Shown in pieces: positions 59,368-64,000 of a DNA stretch of 64,000 nucleotides (position 1 is its first letter; each line of letters opens with the position of its first letter). The stretch covers positions 3,200,001 through 3,264,000 of the forward strand of contig CAXXUK010000001.1 in assembly GCA_963665125.2 (NCBI GenBank), read 5' to 3'. The position numbers and the translations under genes are program-made. The notes below the pieces were generated by a model that saw only the letters and a program-made list of their open reading frames with translations, had not been told where the DNA came from and searched no databases. The stretch is from an uncultured Desulfarculus sp. GTDB lineage: Bacteria; Desulfobacterota; Desulfarculia; Desulfarculales; Desulfarculaceae.

Positions 59368-59558
59368 CCCGCGACCCTAGCGCCCGACAACTTAAAGGCA
59401 AAACATCCGCACATCCCCTGGCACGAAATGATCGGCCTGCGTAATCATCTTGTGCTGACTACATCAAAATCAGGCAAAAAACGCTCTGGGAAACGGCTCA
59501 AGATGATTTCCCCGGCCTGCGGCTACAGCTTGAATCTCTGCTTAAAAACGAAGAGTAG
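59364..59558 (+). pseudogene. HEPN/DUF86 toxin pseudogene, copy 2
   Basis: N-terminal deletion; PDNLKAKHPHIPWHEMIGLRNHLV, then a frameshift at the catalytic His codon. Confidence 0.8.
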
Positions 59559-59570
59559 CAACCGCCCCAT

Positions 59571-59702
59571 ATGGGCTACCAAAATCCTCATGACGCCCAG
59601 CCGATTGTTTGGCGCATTGGTGGTTCTTAACCATCGATCCCTTTGAGGACGGCAATGTCCGTATTACCCGCGCCAGGTCAAAGTGGTCAAGCGGCTGTTG
59701 GG
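59571..59702 (+). pseudogene. Collapsed Fic relic, copy 2
   Basis: Counterpart of 48507..48636. Confidence 0.6.
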
Positions 59703-59705
59703 GGC

Positions 59706-60884
59706 CTATAAGGGCTCAGTTTCCAAACCTTGATTCAATATTTCTATGTACCGCGTGTAGCTGAAAATACGATTTCTTTTCTGCTTGGTTAGTTCATTGA
59801 TAATGCCGAGGTTGATGAGGTGCGCCAGGCATTTGTTGACCGTGGCTGCCGTGAGTCCGACTCGCTTCCCCAAGGAACCGGCGGTTGCCATGGGCTGCTT
59901 GGTCAACTCGTGATGTATTTTAAGCGTAGAGGCAGAGGCCCGGCCCAGCCCTTTGATTTGTCCTTGATCCCGCTTGGCCAAATCCGCTAGCTGCTGCGCG
60001 GTTTCCACGGCTTGGTTGGCTGTATAAATCACCGCTTCGGAGAAGAAATCAAGCCAAGCTTCCCAATCGCCCGTCAGTCGAACGTTGTTGAGCAGCTCAT
60101 AGTAATATTGCCGGTGCGTCTTGAAATAAAGGCTGAGGTAGAGCATCGGTTCGCTCAGCACCTTTTGATCGCACAGAAGCAGCGTTATAAGTAGACGACC
60201 CAGACGGCCGTTGCCGTCCAGGAAGGGGTGGATAGTCTCGAACTGCACGTGGGCCAGGGCGGCCTTGAGCAATACAGGCGTTGCTTCGGGCTGGTCGTGT
60301 AGAAACATTTCCAGCTGGCCCATGCACTCCATGACGTCCTCGGGTGGCGGTGGCACAAAAGCGGCGTTGCCGGGACGGGTGCCGCCAATCCAGTTTTGAC
60401 TGCGGCGGAACTCGCCGGGAGTCTGATTGCCACCCCGTCCCTTGAAAAGAAGTACACCATGGATTTCCTTGAACAGACGAAGAGACAAGGGCAGGCCTTG
60501 CTTAAGAAGGCGCAGACCATGCTCCAGGGCCGCAACATAGTTGCTGACCTCACGGGCGTCTTCCAGGGGGACGCCGGGTACTTGGCCCAGCTCAAACAAG
60601 AGCAGGTCGGACAGCGATGACTGGGTGCCCTCTATCATGGAGGACAGCACGGCCTCCTTGCGGATATACATGTACAGGAAAAGTGAGGTCTCGGGCAGTA
60701 ACCGGCACACGCTGTCCAGACGACCCAAGGCCAGAAGGGCTTGGTCGAACTTGTCTCTTAAATTTGGAGGCCAGTCTATGGGCGGATGTGGTGGCAACGG
60801 CGCTGGGATAAAAGCTTGCACTTTCTCGCCCACGGTGGTGATCGTTTTGTAATGCCCCTGGATTTTTCGCTTCATACCTGGCAC
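59706..60884 (-). CDS. Fic-family protein, copy 2
   Basis: Near-identical to 48640..49818. Confidence 0.92.
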   Translation of the reverse strand: MPGMKRKIQGHYKTITTVGEKVQAFIPAPLPPHPPIDWPPNLRDKFDQALLALGRLDSVCRLLPETSLFLYMYIRKEAVLSSMIEGTQSSLSDLLLFELGQVPGVPLEDAREVSNYVAALEHGLRLLKQGLPLSLRLFKEIHGVLLFKGRGGNQTPGEFRRSQNWIGGTRPGNAAFVPPPPEDVMECMGQLEMFLHDQPEATPVLLKAALAHVQFETIHPFLDGNGRLGRLLITLLLCDQKVLSEPMLYLSLYFKTHRQYYYELLNNVRLTGDWEAWLDFFSEAVIYTANQAVETAQQLADLAKRDQGQIKGLGRASASTLKIHHELTKQPMATAGSLGKRVGLTAATVNKCLAHLINLGIINELTKQKRNRIFSYTRYIEILNQGLETEPL

Positions 60885-61018
60885 CTGAATCCTAAATTAT
60901 GGCTTGCAGTTATTTTAGGTTAAATGGATATCGTAAATCAAGCCGGTGCATGGCGCTGTGTGCATGCGGAGTAAATGCGTGGCAGGCGGCGGTTTTAAAA
61001 CCGTAGCACTTGATTTAG

Positions 61019-61105
61019 TGATCTACCCCACAAACGACGGACAATTGATTAAGCGACAATTTGGTTTTCGAAGGCCAGCGGGCAGATGTAGCCGTTGGCG
61101 CATAA
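61019..61105 (-). mobile_element. IS3-family right-end relic
   Basis: TGATCTACCCCACAAACGACGGACA resembles an IS3-type IR; adjacent minus-strand tail ANGYICPLAFENQIVA* resembles an OrfB C-terminus. Confidence 0.6.
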
Positions 61106-61266
61106 TGAACTGTCCGTCCTAGATGGGTTAAATCTGGCAATATGATGCTTTCACAACGTAGGGGGGCAGTGCAAATAGCCAGGGCCCAGACAACGGTATT
61201 GATCATGGTGAAAGTAAAATTGGATATCTCCGAACAATGAGCCTTAAGGTTGATGAGGTTGAATAT

Positions 61267-61296
61267 TTGACACCTGACCCGAATAATATCTATAAT
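61267..61296 (+). promoter_or_regulatory. Sigma-70 promoter TTGACA-N18-TATAAT
   Basis: Consensus hexamers upstream of the Fic gene, overlapped by a TGACCC/GGGTCA inverted repeat. Confidence 0.7.
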
Positions 61297-61359
61297 TGGG
61301 TCATAATATGAACCGTTAAGTGAGATAAGGGTCTTCAAACGACCCGATTAGGCGATAAA

Positions 61360-62472
61360 ATGGGTCAATATATCTGGCAATCAACGACATGGCCGGAGTT
61401 CCGCTGGGACAGCGATAAACTTCTCAAGCCGTTAGGGCAGGCGCGTCAGGCCCAGGGACATCTGTTGGGTGAGGTGCGCTTTGGCCTTGGGTTGGAGCTG
61501 CAAGCTGAGCTGCTGACCCAGGAAGGTGTGGCCACGGCTGCCATTGAAGGCGAGCATTTAAACCGGCAGGCAGTCCGCTCCTCTGTGGCTAGGCGACTTG
61601 GCCTGCCCACTGCCGGTCTGCCTACCGCTGAGCGCCATGTGGATGGCCTGGTGCAGATGCTCTTGGACGCCACAATGGGCTATAAAAATCCTTTGACGCC
61701 CAACCGCCTGTTCGGCTGGCATGCTGCGCTCTTCCCTACTGGTTATTCAGGACTGGTCGAAATCGCCGTAGGACGGTGGCGCGAAAGCAACGAGCCAATG
61801 CAGGTGGTTTCTGGCCCAATGGGACGCGAGCATGTTCATTATGAAGCCCCGCCTTCTCTTCAGGTTCCCAAAGAAATGGACAGATTCCTAACCTGGTGGG
61901 CGGCTCCGCCCGCTAATTTGGACGGCTTGGTGCGCGCCGCTCTGGCGCATTTGTGGTTCGTGACCATCCACCCCTTTGAGGACGGTAATGGCCGCATTGC
62001 CCGCGCTATAACAGACATGGCCTTGGCCCAGGATGAGGGCAGCGGCCAGCGGCTCTACAGCATGTCCCAGCAGATTCAAGCTGAAAGTGAAGCCTATTAT
62101 ACCGTGCTTGAGAGGACCCAAAAGAGTGATGGCGACGCAACCGGTTGGTTGGCGTGGTTCCTGGAGTGTCTGGCCAGGGCCATAGCGCGTTCCGAGAAGC
62201 AGGTTGCCCTTGCCCTGAGCCACAGTGAATTTTGGCAGCACCACGCCGAAGCTGGCCTTAACCCACGCCAAGTAAAGGTCGTCAAACGGTTATTAGAGGC
62301 AGGGCCTGGTGGATTTGAAGGTGGCATGACCAATCGCAAGTATGTCGGCATGGCCAAGGTCAGCCGGGAAACGGCCAAGCGCGATCTGGCGGACTTGGTG
62401 GCCAAAGGAATCCTAAGGAAAAACCAGGGTGGCGGGCGTAGCGTTAGTTATAGTTTGGTGTGGCCGGGGTGA
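61360..62472 (+). CDS. Fic-family protein with DUF4172 N-terminus and C-terminal wHTH
   Basis: YIWQ..WPEFRWD, TAAIEG, HPFEDGNGRIAR, GGGRSVSY. Confidence 0.92.
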   Translation: MGQYIWQSTTWPEFRWDSDKLLKPLGQARQAQGHLLGEVRFGLGLELQAELLTQEGVATAAIEGEHLNRQAVRSSVARRLGLPTAGLPTAERHVDGLVQMLLDATMGYKNPLTPNRLFGWHAALFPTGYSGLVEIAVGRWRESNEPMQVVSGPMGREHVHYEAPPSLQVPKEMDRFLTWWAAPPANLDGLVRAALAHLWFVTIHPFEDGNGRIARAITDMALAQDEGSGQRLYSMSQQIQAESEAYYTVLERTQKSDGDATGWLAWFLECLARAIARSEKQVALALSHSEFWQHHAEAGLNPRQVKVVKRLLEAGPGGFEGGMTNRKYVGMAKVSRETAKRDLADLVAKGILRKNQGGGRSVSYSLVWPG

Positions 62473-62782
62473 GGGACTGGGGTATGGGACACATTGTTAT
62501 GGCCTGACTGTAATGTATAACTCTGATTTAATTTAGTTAGCGCAGCATGGAGGCGCATAGGTCGCGGTCGATTCAACCTTGCAGATGCCTCCTGATATTT
62601 AATAGGAGCTTCTCCTCAGTGATTGCTACAGCATTATTGGGAAAAGCTGGGTCCCGTTTGAGTATACTGAGTTTTATAACAACTGCGACAGAAGACGCAG
62701 TGCCAGGGGGCACTACTCCAACCCGTTGCTGACGACGCTAATCTTCAGCAGTGCTGATGACTGAACCTAAGGACAAACATCA

Positions 62783-63595
62783 GTGAAAGAATATTATGAA
62801 AATAAGGTTGCTGCCGTAACGGGTGGCGCATCGGGCATAGGATTGGCTTTGTGTGAAGAAATGCTTGCCATGGATGCCAAGGCGGTCCTGCTTGCTGATT
62901 TGAATGAGGAAAACTTGTCAAGGGAAGGCGGACGTCTGGCGGGTGTATTTCCCGGCAGGGTCTTCACCATGCAAACGGACGTTACAAGGGAAGATAGTGT
63001 TAGGGCAATGGTCGCGCGTGCAGCCGAAATAGGTGGTGGAAGGCTTGATCTTCTATTCAATAACGCGGGAGCGGGGTTGGTTAAAGGTTTTGGAGAAACT
63101 ACCAATGAGGATTGGGAATTCGCTTTCGGCCTCAATTTTTACGGCCCCCTCTATGGCGTCCGCGCCGCGTTGCCGATAATGATAGCCCAGGGTGGAGGAC
63201 ATATAGCCAATACAGCATCTGGAATAGCTTTCACAAACTTTCCCCTGCAGAGCATGTATTCGGCTACCAAATCAGCCCTTCTAAGCTTTACTCTTTCGTT
63301 GCGCGCTGAATACTGGCATCAAAATATCCGATTTTCCGTTGTAATACCGGGGACTGTTTCAACACCTATCTGGCAAGGGCAGGCACCGGATACAGCCATC
63401 ACCCCAAAGGTTTCGGCGGAACGCATCCTGGCTGGCATCGCCGAAAACCAGAGGATCGTCATCACCAGCGACGAAGATCGCTCGGGTCTGGAAACCATGG
63501 GAGCCCAAGCCAATAACTCCGAATACGCGAAATGGCTAGACGACTACCTGGCCGGTGTGGCGGAAAAACGCCGCAAAGGAACGCTCGAATTTTGA
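62783..63595 (+). CDS. SDR-family oxidoreductase
   Basis: TGGASGIG, NNAG, YSATK. Confidence 0.92.
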   Translation: MKEYYENKVAAVTGGASGIGLALCEEMLAMDAKAVLLADLNEENLSREGGRLAGVFPGRVFTMQTDVTREDSVRAMVARAAEIGGGRLDLLFNNAGAGLVKGFGETTNEDWEFAFGLNFYGPLYGVRAALPIMIAQGGGHIANTASGIAFTNFPLQSMYSATKSALLSFTLSLRAEYWHQNIRFSVVIPGTVSTPIWQGQAPDTAITPKVSAERILAGIAENQRIVITSDEDRSGLETMGAQANNSEYAKWLDDYLAGVAEKRRKGTLEF

Positions 63596-63668
63596 AGGCT
63601 AAAGAACGTTCCTTCTCATTTCCGCACCAGACCAACAGGTAGGCAAAGCCCCGCAGGCAATATAGGAG

Positions 63669-64000
63669 TTACTTGGAAGAAGTCACGCCCATGTTGTACT
63701 GGGGGTCCGCATGCCGCAGTTCGGCCATATCCCACATGGCTTGCTCAACCTCCGCCGGATTAGTGTGTGAGGCGTGATACATCTGTCGGGCGAAGTCCTG
63801 GACCGGCACGATATTTCGCCCTGCTTCCACGCCCTCAAGAATCTCATCTGCAGCCTGATCAATGCTGATCGCTTCAGGCGGCTTGGGCAATTCTTTGTGA
63901 ATCTCGTAGTCTAGAGAGCGGTAGAAGATCATCGTATCGACCGCACCGGGACAGACAGTCGTCACCTTGATGTTGTGGTAGGACATCTCGTAGCGCAAAT
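63669..64000 (-). CDS. SDR-family oxidoreductase, C-terminal part (truncated by window edge)
   Basis: LRYE...IKVTTVCPGAVDT. Confidence 0.75.
   Translation of the reverse strand, partial: LRYEMSYHNIKVTTVCPGAVDTMIFYRSLDYEIHKELPKPPEAISIDQAADEILEGVEAGRNIVPVQDFARQMYHASHTNPAEVEQAMWDMAELRHADPQYNMGVTSSK

Larger units (their letters stand above)
58080..60975. repeat. ~2.9-kb direct repeat, copy 2
   Basis: Begins exactly at TTTTCAG (tRNA-Phe anticodon loop) and is collinear with copy 1. Confidence 0.93.
46927..64000. mobile_element. Composite genomic island (right end not seen in the window)
   Basis: tRNA-fragment boundary, TA/Fic genes, IS elements, recombinase, low-GC cargo, pseudogenes. Confidence 0.8.

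Noticed and set aside
46965..60975. Assembly artefact as the cause of the 2.9-kb repeat
   Set aside because: The copies differ by many substitutions and by distinct deletions.
61015..61338. 107-aa minus-strand ORF
   Set aside because: It runs across the Fic promoter and an IS relic, with no recognisable motif.
1..64000. CRISPR array or rRNA
   Set aside because: No regularly spaced short repeats and no rRNA-like sequence were seen.

Overview
This is a GC-rich bacterial chromosome segment. Gene content and style suggest an anaerobic deltaproteobacterium/Desulfobacterota, which is inference only. Positions 1-46.9 kb are mostly host-like genes: an alpha/beta hydrolase, an NCS2 permease next to a nucleoside-phosphorylase-fold protein, two ECF sigma/anti-sigma modules, a tandem pair of large secreted metzincin-like proteins, c-di-GMP and two-component signalling genes, a GH13 sugar phosphorylase, a DmpA/acyltransferase/TPP-enzyme/CMD cluster, a Kef-type antiporter, typA and a DEAD-box helicase. 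The helicase is preceded by three tandem RRM genes, each with its own promoter and a conserved, covarying structured leader. This part also holds a catalytically degenerate IS1595-like ORF and a ~193-bp MITE. From 46.93 kb to the end lies a layered genomic island that begins at a displaced 3' fragment of tRNA-Phe. It contains two diverged ~2.9-kb copies of an att-arm/RHH-RelE/MNT-HEPN/Fic module, an internal 3' fragment of tRNA-Sec, low-GC cargo (beta-propeller, NDT/TIR-like-HEAT, GT2), two IS481 elements, an IS3 relic, Fic relics and a Xer-like tyrosine recombinase split by IS481 and bracketed by outward-facing GTTAG sites. The strongest candidates for undescribed biology are the recombinase unit with its end sites, the RRM leader RNA/helicase module, the anticodon-loop-exact duplicated att module and the possibly domesticated IS1595 protein. 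All calls are from reading the sequence; no database searches were run.
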